Shown: one piece after another, positions 11,586-22,908 of the stretch
Layout of the letters: every line of letters begins with the position of its first letter
How positions within the stretch are numbered: position 1 is the stretch's first letter
Assembly: GCA_000002445.1 (NCBI GenBank)
Contig: CM000208.1
Span: 1,856,001-1,920,000, forward strand
Source of the DNA: Trypanosoma brucei
Taxonomy: Eukaryota
Direction of reading: 5' to 3'
Length of the DNA: 64,000 bases
Program-made: the position numbers and the translations under genes
The notes under the pieces: model-generated
Told to the model about the DNA's origin: nothing
What the model saw: the letters and a program-made list of their open reading frames with translations, nothing else
Databases searched by the model: none

Positions 11586-13574
11586 GACTTTTCACGGCTC
11601 CACTTTACCCAAACGATAATAGTCTACCGCCGGGAAAATCACAGATGCAGCCGGCCTCGGGGCAAAAGCTGGCCGGTCGCAGCCCTTTTGGGCGTAGACG
11701 CTGGACACGCGCGCAACCAACATTGGTTGCAGCAGCGCCTCCAAAGTGACGGCGGGAAGTGGAACGGCGTGGACGAAACAAGGCTGCCAGCCGCGGGCGA
11801 TAGCGGGACAAACGGCTTCAACCACAAAGTTTCTGCCCGCGGTTCTGAAAACGCTTTCCTGCACCGAGTCGAGGCCTTCGTGCCTCACCAACTGGGGGAC
11901 ATATCGTGTGCCGTGCTGCCATACCTTGGGTCGGCGATTCCCCCGCGGTTAACTGTTGGAGCGTGAGGGACTGCGGGCGCACCCGCAACTCAGGATGACG
12001 GAAAAGTGGAAACGGAATGGCGGTGGGTTGCTGTTTGGGATCGAAAATCCGGGTTTACAAATCAAGAGACACTTCGGTCTCCATAAACACATGCGGGAGA
12101 GCTTTTCATGGTGATATAAAGAGTAGGGGGAACCCCTCTGCCCGAGGACAGCGAGAGTTAACGCCGGGGAACTAGAGCACTTCAGCCACGCCCCGACGCA
12201 TACCTTTTCCGGCATTTGGATGATGAGTATAAAGGATGGCTGCGCAGGAAAACAATTGGAAACTGGCAACCGCAATCGCATGGACGCGGAAAAGGAAAAG
12301 GATGTCCTGCCCAGCGCACATTCGCTGGCGGTGCGTGGGAGGCTGCTGCTGAGGGTAGTGAGGGGTTCAGTTTCTCTCTAAAGAACACCGGCGGCGAAAA
12401 TACTATACTCCGTGCAAGGATATAAAAAAGGTGGAAAAAAGGGACCGCAAACGACAAACGGAGCAACAGTATTTCCACCCACCAACCCCCGCGAAAGTTT
12501 AGGTACGTGGAGAAGGAAATCCCCGGGGCGACAGCTTACAGAAAATGCCTGCGACGCGTTGATTATTATCCCCTAAGTCTGCTGTTTACACACACGCACA
12601 CACATACACAAAAGGAATGCAGTTCCCTAAGAGGCCCCGGAATATAGATTTTTTCTTTCATTATTACTCGCCGCATCACCTCACTTATTCTAACCTTTCT
12701 ACAAACTCTCTTTATACTAAAAAGCGCCCCCAAAGAGCATCTTCACCCACAACGTGCAGCACGCTCAAGGCACAGTGGCTGGGCTCTCCTCAGCACTCCC
12801 CTATCGAGCTCTCCTTTACTTTCGGTACGCGTGCGAACGGCGAAATAGTTGCTGGCATGCGTCTTTAGCGGCGCACCCTCCCTTTTGTCCCGGAATTTGC
12901 AAACCCACCGCCTTATGCACTCAACAAGCTGCTTCAGATTAACCTTACCGGTTGACCTTTCCCCTCAGCGCCGTAGCGAGCCGGAGCTCACACCGGAGAG
13001 CACGGAAGCAAATACACAGACAGTAAGGAAGGCAAACACGCGAGCCGCAAGTGACCGCGATCAGGCGAGCCAAACCACTTACGCTTCATGAGTTTTGTAG
13101 TACGGGTGTGAACGATGCCCTCAGCCCTGCATAAACACTCAATGACAGCATAGCGCAGCGCCGGTCCGTAGTCGAACGCATCCCACCGCACCGAACACCG
13201 CAGCGACCATGGAGAAGTCCGAGGGCGTTGGAAAAGTCACGCGCTGTGCACGTGGGTTACGTTGGACGCACGTGCACGCTCAGCAACCCATTCACTGGGA
13301 ACGAACTCATGCCTTCTGTTCTACAAAGGTGAGAGGGGAGAAGACACAGCTACGGGCATACGCCAGCAAAAAAGTATTCATACAAGCTTCCAGCGAGTCA
13401 AGAAATTTTAAAAAAAAAACACGAGGTACTTGGAGAACAACATACGAAGGGATGATGGCTCGATCCCGCCTCACAAACAACGAGCATAGATAAGTTATGT
13501 TCTACATGTTTCCTCATCTGCAAACCAAGGGCTGCCAAGGAAGATCGGGGCAGAAACTGTGTATTTTTCTCCTT

Positions 13575-15044
13575 TCAAATAACAGCTAAAAAGTGGTCGG
13601 TAGCGACGATCGCATGCCCCCCTGAAAGAGCGTACTCGCAGGAGTCATCGTCAACTTCGCGGTCTTGGAGAAGCTTATCCGCACGCGCGACGGCAGCAAC
13701 GGACAAACGCTCACCGCCCTGAACAGCCTCGACGCTTTGGCCCTCACCCTGAAGAAAAAGAAGGGACTTATTTGATGCGTCCTTTCCTGGGATGAGAAGA
13801 ACCACGAAGTGATTAAAGCAAACTAGTCGGACCTCACTTCGCGCGGCTTCGAGCAAAGCATCTCCTGCAAGCGACGGAAAGGTGGTCTTGATGGCCACCC
13901 CCAACCTCTCTGACCACCGCATTTTCCCAAACCAAGTGGACTCTCGTTTGTCCTTTATCCAACGGCCGAGTGCTCCGTACCTATCCATCCTCTGTTGCTG
14001 ACCATCACCAATGCAACGACTTCGAGAAATAGGAAGGCCGCACGATAGCCAGTCCATGTCGCTTGTGAGCAAGACTGAACGATTGGCCGAGCACCAGATC
14101 GACACAATGCGTGCTTCTCCTGGCCCCAGTTCCGGACTTATACGCTCTACACGAAGCGGAAAATACATGCTTTCCGCTGACCCCCAAGCGGCCCTCAGCG
14201 TTTTGATAGCATACGAATCCAAATTTTCATTCCCCCTTGGTTGAGGTGAAACGGAACGGATAGTAACGGGGGTTGGTGTACCAACAGCTTTCGTGGAGCC
14301 GAGGCCGAGTTGCCCGCTGGTATTGTCTCCGAAGGCCAGTAGTTTTCCAGTTTGCAGTAACACGAAGGAGTGATTCCCCGCCGCGGCGATTTGCCTTATC
14401 GGCAGTCCGAAAAGGAGGCGGATAGATTTGAACGACGCCTGTAATGGGGGTTTTCGCTTCCCACCCAGTTGGCCACTCAGACCAAGGCCACAACCGTACA
14501 CCGCGTTGCACTTCCTTGTCATCAGCAACGTGTGATGGGATCCGCAAGACACAGCAGTAATTGGCACACAAAGGCGCCTACCTTCAATCACGTCTCCTCC
14601 ATCGACATCGTAACTACCGTTACCGAAGCCACTGATCATCTTCGGGGCAGAAAGTGCTGGAACCCTGTCGTCACTGTCTTCGCCACCTTCCGCTTTGTGA
14701 CTGGTCCACACACTGCCGTCGCCCAACTGCCCATAAATGTTACTGTAACCAAATGAATGCACAGTTCCGTCTTCCTTGCAAAAGACGATGTGTGTGTCAC
14801 CGGCTGCAACATCCTTAACGTTATCCTCCCCATTTTGCACGGTGCTTCCGTGATATTCGGGGGACCCCGGGGCCAACAATATCAAACAACCACTTCTGAA
14901 CAGGGCGACTCCGTAGTGTTTCGCGCAATACGCCACCTTCAGAAGTGTATCACCCGCCTCTAGGCGTTTTCCGAGAATTTCTATCGTCTCTTCACGACCA
15001 TATGTGGCGGCCGAACATGCGCCAACCACAGCATAAGGCGCCAT
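13575..15044 (-). CDS. RCC1-repeat (regulator of chromosome condensation-like) protein, 489 aa
   Basis: Multiple RCC1 blade signatures (YGQLGDGS, GQLGLGS, SGQLGGK, HTLLMT...). Confidence 0.7.
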   Translation of the reverse strand: MAPYAVVGACSAATYGREETIEILGKRLEAGDTLLKVAYCAKHYGVALFRSGCLILLAPGSPEYHGSTVQNGEDNVKDVAAGDTHIVFCKEDGTVHSFGYSNIYGQLGDGSVWTSHKAEGGEDSDDRVPALSAPKMISGFGNGSYDVDGGDVIEGRRLCVPITAVSCGSHHTLLMTRKCNAVYGCGLGLSGQLGGKRKPPLQASFKSIRLLFGLPIRQIAAAGNHSFVLLQTGKLLAFGDNTSGQLGLGSTKAVGTPTPVTIRSVSPQPRGNENLDSYAIKTLRAAWGSAESMYFPLRVERISPELGPGEARIVSIWCSANRSVLLTSDMDWLSCGLPISRSRCIGDGQQQRMDRYGALGRWIKDKRESTWFGKMRWSERLGVAIKTTFPSLAGDALLEAARSEVRLVCFNHFVVLLIPGKDASNKSLLFLQGEGQSVEAVQGGERLSVAAVARADKLLQDREVDDDSCEYALSGGHAIVATDHFLAVI

Positions 15045-15297
15045 ATTTCTAACTACAGTCCCCGCAACAACTCTAAAATAAAGGCAAGAAAAACCAAGAA
15101 CAATAGTGCCGTCTGCCGGCTGGTAAGGGCTCCGCGATTGGGGACCAGCGAAGCTGGTTGACGCGACCTTTTTGATAATACAAACACGGACACACGGAAA
15201 AAGCTGTTGTAGTTAGCATGAAGATATTTGTTGGTCAGCTGGCACCAACACCATGACTCAGTACCCCTACTTCCTGCAACGTCTTGTTCCCCAGCAC

Positions 15298-16800
15298 TTA
15301 AGACCCTTGCGAGTCATACAAATTCACAATGTCGGAAACCAAAAAAAACGACCCCGTAACAAACACTTGAACTGGTTTTGACGTGTCTTCGTCATCGCTA
15401 GATGCCGCAGAAACAACTTCAACGACCTCCTCTACCGACACGAACGGTGCCGCCCGTGAAAAGCAAGGGACTGCCCCACACAGCGTCTTCCAACATCTTA
15501 TTAGTCCGGTGGCTTTGTCCTGAGTGTAAGCGTCAGAGTTGTTCTTCCATATCTCCCTCATTCCCTTTGGATCGAGAGCACAAACGAATACGGCCTTGGA
15601 GAAGCTATCAACAAAGGGTCTGAACGCCTCGACAATACGTTCTGGCTGCCGTGACGAGTACATCAACAGGACACGCCTCGGCTTGCTATCACAAGTCCTC
15701 TTGGTGCTTTCCTTCACAAACCAGCGGGTGGCGCACCTTAAGCTTTCATACGTGTGCGCACCATCTAAATAGAAGGTGCCTTTGCTCCCATCACCAACAG
15801 GCAAAACCTGCGAGCGACCCATCACTGTCGTCCTTTGAAGTACGTGGCGCTCGACATCGTCAAGCGGTTGTGTGAGTGGGATTCCCATCACACTGCGCGC
15901 CGCCAACAAGGCTAACCGTGAATTCTCCACAGCGTGCTCCCCTCCAATTGATAGGCAGGGCCACCCATCCGTCGGCACCGCAACGTCATCCGCGAATACC
16001 AATGGCGAGTCTACCCCCTCGGCATAATCTTTAAGCACCCGACGGGTGGATGGGTGATCGCCTTGAGGAGCGGCATAACAAACGACACCAGGTTTCATGA
16101 TGCCGGCTTTTTGCAGTGCAATTTCCTCCACCGTATCGCCTAATATTTCCGTATGGTCGATACCAAGAGCTGTTATCACGCTTGCCTCAGGAATGATGAT
16201 GTTTGTTGGGTCGCGGCTGCCCCCGATACCAACTTCCACCACAGCTACGTCAACACTCTCGCCTGCGAAAGCAACCAACGAAACCAAAAACATCAGGCAG
16301 AAGAAACTGCATGGTGCCGGGAGGTCCCAAGTCACCTCCTTGTCCGCACCAGCAAGCTCCACGAAACAATCTACAACTTGGAAAAAATAGTGTACAAATG
16401 TGTCCATTGGGAGAACTTCATTGTTAACCATAATGCGCTCTCGAACATCCTTAACATGGGGTGATGTAAAGAGGCCAACCTTGAGCCCATAGGCCTCTAG
16501 GAGCGCTGCCGTATAGGACGCCGTGGTGCCTTTTCCTTTCGTCCCCGCCACATGAACGAAACGGAGCGTGTCAAGGCAGCGCCGCATATTGAGACGCTCA
16601 ACGAGCAACCCGACCAGCTCAGCGCTCTTACCCGAGGTGTTAGCAAGCGTGCGATTTCTGTACGTTGGGTTCACAACTCTCAACGTTAACTCATACATAA
16701 CACGCAGCACATCGTCATATGAGCGCTGGGAACCCGTACAACCTCCCTTCGCACCGAATAACGCTCTCGCTGCGGCGGGGAGGCGGTGCCACGCAGTCAT
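15298..16800 (-). CDS. FPGS: Folylpolyglutamate synthase / dihydrofolate synthase (Mur-ligase family), 500 aa
   Basis: P-loop VHVAGTKGKGTTASYTAALLEAYGLKVGLFTSPHVKDVRERI, the typical FPGS N-terminus. C-terminal Mur ligase domain. Confidence 0.8.
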   Translation of the reverse strand: MTAWHRLPAAARALFGAKGGCTGSQRSYDDVLRVMYELTLRVVNPTYRNRTLANTSGKSAELVGLLVERLNMRRCLDTLRFVHVAGTKGKGTTASYTAALLEAYGLKVGLFTSPHVKDVRERIMVNNEVLPMDTFVHYFFQVVDCFVELAGADKEVTWDLPAPCSFFCLMFLVSLVAFAGESVDVAVVEVGIGGSRDPTNIIIPEASVITALGIDHTEILGDTVEEIALQKAGIMKPGVVCYAAPQGDHPSTRRVLKDYAEGVDSPLVFADDVAVPTDGWPCLSIGGEHAVENSRLALLAARSVMGIPLTQPLDDVERHVLQRTTVMGRSQVLPVGDGSKGTFYLDGAHTYESLRCATRWFVKESTKRTCDSKPRRVLLMYSSRQPERIVEAFRPFVDSFSKAVFVCALDPKGMREIWKNNSDAYTQDKATGLIRCWKTLCGAVPCFSRAAPFVSVEEVVEVVSAASSDDEDTSKPVQVFVTGSFFLVSDIVNLYDSQGS

Positions 16801-17155
16801 TCCTGGAAGGGGAGACAGCGCCGTTACAACCTAATCTAGAATAGAGGTGGGTGATCCCTCCTATCAGAGCCACACGAAGCTCTAATATCTATACCCTAAA
16901 TCAAAAAATGGAAGTAAGTGCGTGCGATTGTGTGCGTGTATTAATCGGTGAATCTGACAGATGTTCTGCGGTACACACATCCGTAACTGTTACCCTTGCA
17001 GTCACTGAAATTATCGCTACAGTCATCAGTAGTTGGCCCTCGAGGTGAACCTGCGCGCAGCTGCACGACGCCGCCAAACCACGAACTTCACCCCCAAACC
17101 CTCATGGGTCAAAGAGTGGCTCGCCCCATTCCTCAAAACTCCGCAGGTCGCACAT

Positions 17156-17605
17156 TCAGTTCAGCCTCCTTCGTTTTGACAGTTTCCACTGTAAGGGCGC
17201 AAAGCAACCCTTACGCTCTCCAAAAGCCGAGAACTGGAATACTTTACCCTGCATCCAAATACTAAACGCACGGTGTTTGCGGTCGTCAGATCTACGTGAG
17301 ACCCAAACTGGCAGAAAACAAAGGACGAAAAAAATCATTAAAAAGAAAAAAGACAACAACGCCGGGAAGGCAGTACTCCCTTCCCCACTATAATCATGTT
17401 TACCATACTCAACCACACCATTCACTTGGTACAAAAATTGAAGGTGCTGCAAAACCTGGCGCGCATCGGCGCAGCACTCGCCGAAGCACATCTGATCCGG
17501 GAACCCGCGGCGGGCGTACCTCACCGCCGCATCACCTAAATACTCATTCCCCTTTCGATGCTCTTGACTGCTGTTTGGGCAACCAACCCGGCGCAGAGCG
17601 TCCAT
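17156..17605 (-). CDS. Small hypothetical protein (149 aa) with one transmembrane helix. Weak call.
   Basis: It is the only ORF in an otherwise ORF-free 1.8 kb gap and is in the same orientation as the gene array. There is no domain evidence. Confidence 0.2.
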   Translation of the reverse strand: MDALRRVGCPNSSQEHRKGNEYLGDAAVRYARRGFPDQMCFGECCADARQVLQHLQFLYQVNGVVEYGKHDYSGEGSTAFPALLSFFFLMIFFVLCFLPVWVSRRSDDRKHRAFSIWMQGKVFQFSAFGERKGCFAPLQWKLSKRRRLN

Positions 17606-18637
17606 AAACCGCCCTTAAGGCCCGCGAACTCCCCTTCATCCCCTTTAAGCACCGCGTCCTCACACCAGGAACAACGCCCTCTACAAAGGCTCCGCAAACC
17701 GCCGCGTCTCCGTGCTGATAAGAGGAATTTTTTGAAAGTCTGCGATTCCCTTCCGCGGTGACTTTCTATCCCCCCTTGACCTTTACCGCGGCATTCATTT
17801 TGGAATATGTTCTTTACTCGGCGATGCACCCATCATGCCCCCACCTAGATAAAACTTTTACGAGCGCATTATTTGATACTGACCGTAAGCGACGCACAAG
17901 TTCAACAAATTACCGCCCAGTGAAGTGGTCTCGTAAGAAGCAAAGGGTGCTGACATCAGTTGACCAAATAGTACGAACAACCTCCTCGTTCGTTGACTAT
18001 AAAGATCCCCTCACGCTGCATGAAAAATACTAAAATATCTTAACCATTCCACATACCTCATCCACACGCGAGCCCGTGACAACGCAATAACACTATGTAG
18101 AACCTGTCAGTGATCGGGCTGTTAAAAAAAAAAATGCTCCGCCCACTGAACGAAACAGTGGGGGTTCCCTCCATGCCGATTTGGGTGCCATGCGTCACCC
18201 CTGATTCCACGCAACTGCACAATGCCGCGACGCGCACAGTCAAACACCGTCTGCAGCGTTACGTTTTATTCGTTGAGAAACCACCCCACCGCATTTTATC
18301 ACGTAAAAAGTCTCCCTGCCGTTTGCGAGGGCACAAAGATGCCTCGTGGGGAGCCGCTGCCCGAGGGGTCAGCTGCGTGGAACAAGGGGGAAAAATACTT
18401 TATGCGAGAAAAATATCCGTTTATCATCAGCTTACACCTACATGCACAACCATCACCTTTAACGGAATGTCACCCACACACCCACCCCCGCCATCACACG
18501 ACGCATAAAAAACATTCGGATTGTAGAGAACCGAAAGGCGTAGCAGAGGGCCCGAAAGTGAGAACTAATGCATCTTCTCCCTTTCCCTTCACTAGAGATC
18601 TCCCTTTCTGTAGTGTGTTGTCATGGCGGTAAAGGAG

Positions 18638-21600
18638 TTATACAGGAGGGTGCGCTCCGTCCTGTCGGTTGCGACCCCTCCCATGTTCCGTTCCGTCATG
18701 GCGGCCTTTAGAACGATTTGATTTTTTTTTCCCTTCGTCTACATCGGTGACATGTGCCACAGTGACATCAAACTTGCACCGCAGCAACGTGTCGATAGTG
18801 CTGATCTGTTTTTCGCTCAACGACTCGTTCGGGCCAAGCACCTCCACCAGCTTGAACTCGTATCCGTCTGGTTGGGATGGCACTTCACGCCACAACACAA
18901 GGTCGGGAAAACTGTCAAAGTGAACACTATAACCATCTTCAGGCGGTGGAAGGTACAAACAACGGAGAAGAGCGCATAGTGCACCCTGCGGGACCGCCTG
19001 CAGGAGGTCAAATAGAGGAAACTCCTCAGGGTCCAAAAGCTGCTCGGCAGGTATAAAGGACGCAGTCGGCCCGTCTTTTTCTTGAGAGTTGGGCGACCTA
19101 ACCGGCTGGCCGAGAGGCACAAAATTTTCATCGCCCGATATGAAGTCAGCCCCAACGTCATTTGCGTGAAGGGGTTCTTTAAGGCTACTAGAGTTTGACT
19201 TCTGCTTGGAGTTATCTTCACAGGCCCCACTGTTCTCTGAAACGCACCGTTGACGCACGTAGTAGATGAGAACATCTCTGGAGCACCGCTCAAAGAACCT
19301 TAAGCTCTTTTCGATGATGTGCCGACGTCGTTGCTGGAAACTGATGCTGCTTGTTTCGAGATCTAACGGAGTTTCTTGTACTGGCGAGAGCCAAACAAAC
19401 TCCGGTACAGACCCAGTCATCGACTCATTTCCCCGGGGGAGGGCATCTGGATCAAAGTGAAACGCATCCCACAAAAGGAGTCGCCCCAGATAGTTAACCC
19501 AACGCCCTTTGCAGTGCAAACCCGTCCACGACGAAGGTCGACACGTACCGTCGCCACTCTCATGTACCTTCGGCAGCCCAAACCATCGGAGCACACACTT
19601 CTCCGCACTGAAACAGCCAGTTGAAGGCTTGGTATCGCCCCAAAACGTGGCATCTGAATGGTCCTTATCCCCAGGGATTGTTGTCTCGGGCGCCGAAAGC
19701 ATGTGGGCTGTGAAACTCGAGAGGTTGGGCGACGTTGGGGTCCAGCGGCGCAAAAAACTTTGCAGCGACAGAAGTGTCCTCTCTATCGCAATGCGATCAG
19801 ACCGCCGGTAGAAGTGAAGTCGGTGATGCTCACCGACAGCGTTGTAAAGAGCCACAGCCTTTTGGGACCCACTGTTTCGGCCCCTCCCCACACGGAACAG
19901 TGCGCAAAGAAGGCGAGCGCGACGCTGAATAGATACAGGAAGCTCTTCTGCGCGTTCCATGCGTAGATACCGTTGGGGAGAATCTTGTTCCCTCCAGGCG
20001 CTCTGTCGCTTTTCAAGCAATTGAAACGCACCCTCCTTGTCACCCAAGTGTGCATGACCCTGTGCAAGGAGATTCCACCACTTACCCCGCTTCTCGTAGC
20101 GGTAGTACATGGGAAAGGTTGGTGTTCCGAAACTCGTACTGACGACGTAAACAGGTTCGTCAAGTAGTTTCCGCAGCCACATGTTTACCAGGTCCCACCT
20201 CTTGTGGGCCTGCAGTAAAGGAACTAAAAGCTCAGCACACGCAAACCAGCGGTATTTAGGAAGGAAATGAAGAAGATGCTCATAGAGCAAACCACCATGG
20301 TGCAGTAGCTCCTCCACAGACAGGGCACAACCATCACTCACATCGGCACTGGTTGTCACTGAGTACGTCCTCTTCCGTCGCGCAGTCTCGTCGGCGCAGT
20401 CATCGGCAGTTAACGGCCTGCTGTCCAATAACGCGAGCTTTTTCTCAATAGTGCTGTGATATTCCAACACAATATCAGCGCTGCACTGTTTCAGGGTTTT
20501 GGCGTGTCGAAGTTCACACAAGCGTTGGCACAGTTCTATTGCCTCCCTGAAGCTTACCAAAGCCTTTGGGGAAGAAGCAAGAAGTGGCACAACACCTCCA
20601 GAGGACTCACCCCCCACTATTCTACACGCTTGAGGCCACAACATCCAGGGGCCGCGCAAGTCAGAACTCTGGCGCAACATCAACTTCGATACGATCTTCA
20701 GGATGGTGGTGTCAGAGGACCTGCACCCCGCTGGAGCTGAACCCGGGTATTTGCATATATCATCACGAATGCTTGGGGCCGTTACTTCGTGGATTAATTC
20801 ACTAATCTTTAGTATGCTATCTCTGAACAATTGATGAACACAACATATCGGACCAACGGTTCTATCCCACGCACTAGCAAGCTGTCCTTCTTCATCGGAA
20901 ACTGATAAAATCCTATCGATCAAATCTTCCTTCTCCGGAAGCAGACGGGACGAGCAACCCTTAGCGTTCCATGAACTCCGCCCCGCTGTTTGGACGCCCG
21001 TTATTGACTCTCCACCGTACGAATGGTTTCCTGCTAAAGTGTAATGCACAGCACTGTGGTTGTGAGAAGGGGGTCCATCCTCATATCGCACACATCGGTC
21101 AAGTTGCTGCAGCTCATGAACCCTCGCCGTCCGCAAAATCTCTCTGATCTCTTCCCTGCACCCTAACGGAGGCCGAAAGATCGCCTTACCATCCAACACC
21201 CTGACAAGTTGTTCTCCCTCACTCCGTGTATCGCTAATAACGTACTTCGCTATTGGGGTTATGTTCAACTCCTCCAGGGCAGAAGCTACGCGAATAAAAC
21301 AGCTATATTGTGTTTCGATGCATCGCACTCGAAGCCACTTGGCATCGCGCAGAGCCATGCGAAGAAGAAGTTCAAATGCCTCAATTCCGTCAGCAGCCTC
21401 TTCCGATCGACACAGGTTGTTTAGAGACAGAGTTATAAGCCCGCGCAACGACAATAAATCTGAGGAATCAATCGCCTTTTCGTAATACTGAAGTACATAC
21501 CAAGCGCTAACGTGAAACGCTTCAACCATCGGTAGCGACAAAGCCCGCTCCAAGTCACGAGAGGAAGGGCAGACGTCACCTGTCATTGTGTCACGCGGAT

Positions 21601-21658
21601 GTGTATCACCGGCCTCTTCGAGGAGGGTCACCACCCGAATACAGAACTGCCCCTCCAA
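18638..21658 (-). CDS. Large hypothetical protein (1006 aa) with no recognisable domain, probably kinetoplastid-specific
   Basis: Long uninterrupted ORF in the array orientation. It is preceded about 84 bp upstream by copy 1 of the 381-bp repeat. Confidence 0.6.
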   Translation of the reverse strand: MEGQFCIRVVTLLEEAGDTHPRDTMTGDVCPSSRDLERALSLPMVEAFHVSAWYVLQYYEKAIDSSDLLSLRGLITLSLNNLCRSEEAADGIEAFELLLRMALRDAKWLRVRCIETQYSCFIRVASALEELNITPIAKYVISDTRSEGEQLVRVLDGKAIFRPPLGCREEIREILRTARVHELQQLDRCVRYEDGPPSHNHSAVHYTLAGNHSYGGESITGVQTAGRSSWNAKGCSSRLLPEKEDLIDRILSVSDEEGQLASAWDRTVGPICCVHQLFRDSILKISELIHEVTAPSIRDDICKYPGSAPAGCRSSDTTILKIVSKLMLRQSSDLRGPWMLWPQACRIVGGESSGGVVPLLASSPKALVSFREAIELCQRLCELRHAKTLKQCSADIVLEYHSTIEKKLALLDSRPLTADDCADETARRKRTYSVTTSADVSDGCALSVEELLHHGGLLYEHLLHFLPKYRWFACAELLVPLLQAHKRWDLVNMWLRKLLDEPVYVVSTSFGTPTFPMYYRYEKRGKWWNLLAQGHAHLGDKEGAFQLLEKRQSAWREQDSPQRYLRMERAEELPVSIQRRARLLCALFRVGRGRNSGSQKAVALYNAVGEHHRLHFYRRSDRIAIERTLLSLQSFLRRWTPTSPNLSSFTAHMLSAPETTIPGDKDHSDATFWGDTKPSTGCFSAEKCVLRWFGLPKVHESGDGTCRPSSWTGLHCKGRWVNYLGRLLLWDAFHFDPDALPRGNESMTGSVPEFVWLSPVQETPLDLETSSISFQQRRRHIIEKSLRFFERCSRDVLIYYVRQRCVSENSGACEDNSKQKSNSSSLKEPLHANDVGADFISGDENFVPLGQPVRSPNSQEKDGPTASFIPAEQLLDPEEFPLFDLLQAVPQGALCALLRCLYLPPPEDGYSVHFDSFPDLVLWREVPSQPDGYEFKLVEVLGPNESLSEKQISTIDTLLRCKFDVTVAHVTDVDEGKKKSNRSKGRHDGTEHGRGRNRQDGAHPPV

Positions 21659-21741
21659 GCGTGCAACAACCTCGTTTCACGAAGGTGCGCGCAGGCTCGA
21701 TAATGCAGCAGCGACCGAAGCCCTACTCCTTCACCGGAAGT

Positions 21742-22122
21742 ATCGCATAGGAAAAATTAATGGTAGAAGTAATAGGGAATGTGTGAGTGAGTCTGTGTAA
21801 ACAGAAAATCTGCAGAAGCACAAAGAACAACACGATCCATACACCCCATCACGGTAGTGATACCTGACACGGAAAAATATATATGTAACAACAACCCGTG
21901 CCACCAGTCGTTTCGCAGAGACTCAACAACTGCAAAATCCCAACGACAACGATGAGGGGATAAAACAAACAATTGAGTGCAGCAATACCATGCCTAACCC
22001 CACACCGAACCTGATACAGACACACACACCTTTAACAACACCGCCATGTGGATACAGCAACCGATAGCCCGTGTGCATGCTGCTTAGCGGCGCATATACA
22101 TACGCATGCACTAAGAGGAAGT
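21742..22122. repeat. 381-bp dispersed direct repeat, copy 1. It is 100% identical to 40396-40776 and carries a spurious 71-aa ORF.
   Basis: Read directly: both copies run from ATCGCATAGGAAAAATTAATGG... to ...GCATGCACTAAGAGGAAGT, identical by base-by-base comparison. The flanks diverge immediately outside. Confidence 0.9.
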
Positions 22123-22908
22123 AACAGAAAAAAAAAGCAGATGGAAAGAACAGGAGCAGGTGTGTGTGGGAAACTGGTTTACCGGGAGTTAGTGGACGCC
22201 TCTCGACAACGTTAGTTCGGACCCAACTGCTGTTGTCAACATGTTTTGCCGAGTCATACGTTTTCCGTTCGCGCCAAAATGAGGCCTACAACGTGCCTTG
22301 TTGTAACAAGTGATAGAATGTCTAGCTTCGCTCGACTTTCTGTGGCCCGGGTAACGTTCTCATCACGCTACAAATGTGTGAGACGCTGGCATGAGCTCGT
22401 TTTAATAACACGCATTGTAAGGTACGGTCACACACAACAAGGACCATCCCAATGATCTCTGCCTCTACCTTTCATCAAAAGCGACAGCAGGAAAAGTTTA
22501 CGGGAACGATACGGAGACGATTGGTGTGACACCAGTGGTAATGCGTGTCAGCACTCCAGCAGCTGGCGCATACAACCATTGTCTGTCACTGAGCAACAAC
22601 GCGCCTGGGTCAATTCTACCGCCTGGCGCATAGACTAATGAGAAGCTTGAGAAAAAAAGTGTTCTTTTTGTGCAGGCGAAGACACTTGGTTGCACCTCTA
22701 TAAAAACTCAAAGATAGTGAGGACACGTAACGCTGGTGGCACAGCACTCGTCAGCTGTTGGACAGAAACCCTTGCAAAGGGGATCAGTTTTACACACACA
22801 CACACACACGCAACCTTGAGCGCACGAATTACCGCAAAGTTAACCAGATTTCCTTATCCATGCACAATGATGAGACTTAGTCCGGCAGAGGCCCCTTGAG
22901 CGGTTTCC

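Noticed and set aside
21757-21972. Identical 71-aa ORFs at 21757-21972 and 40411-40626 (and the partial 62-aa and 98-aa ORFs beside them)
   Set aside because: They exist only because they lie inside the two copies of the 381-bp repeat. They have no start-codon context or domain, and their orientation is the same as the array but they sit in UTR space. They are treated as non-coding.
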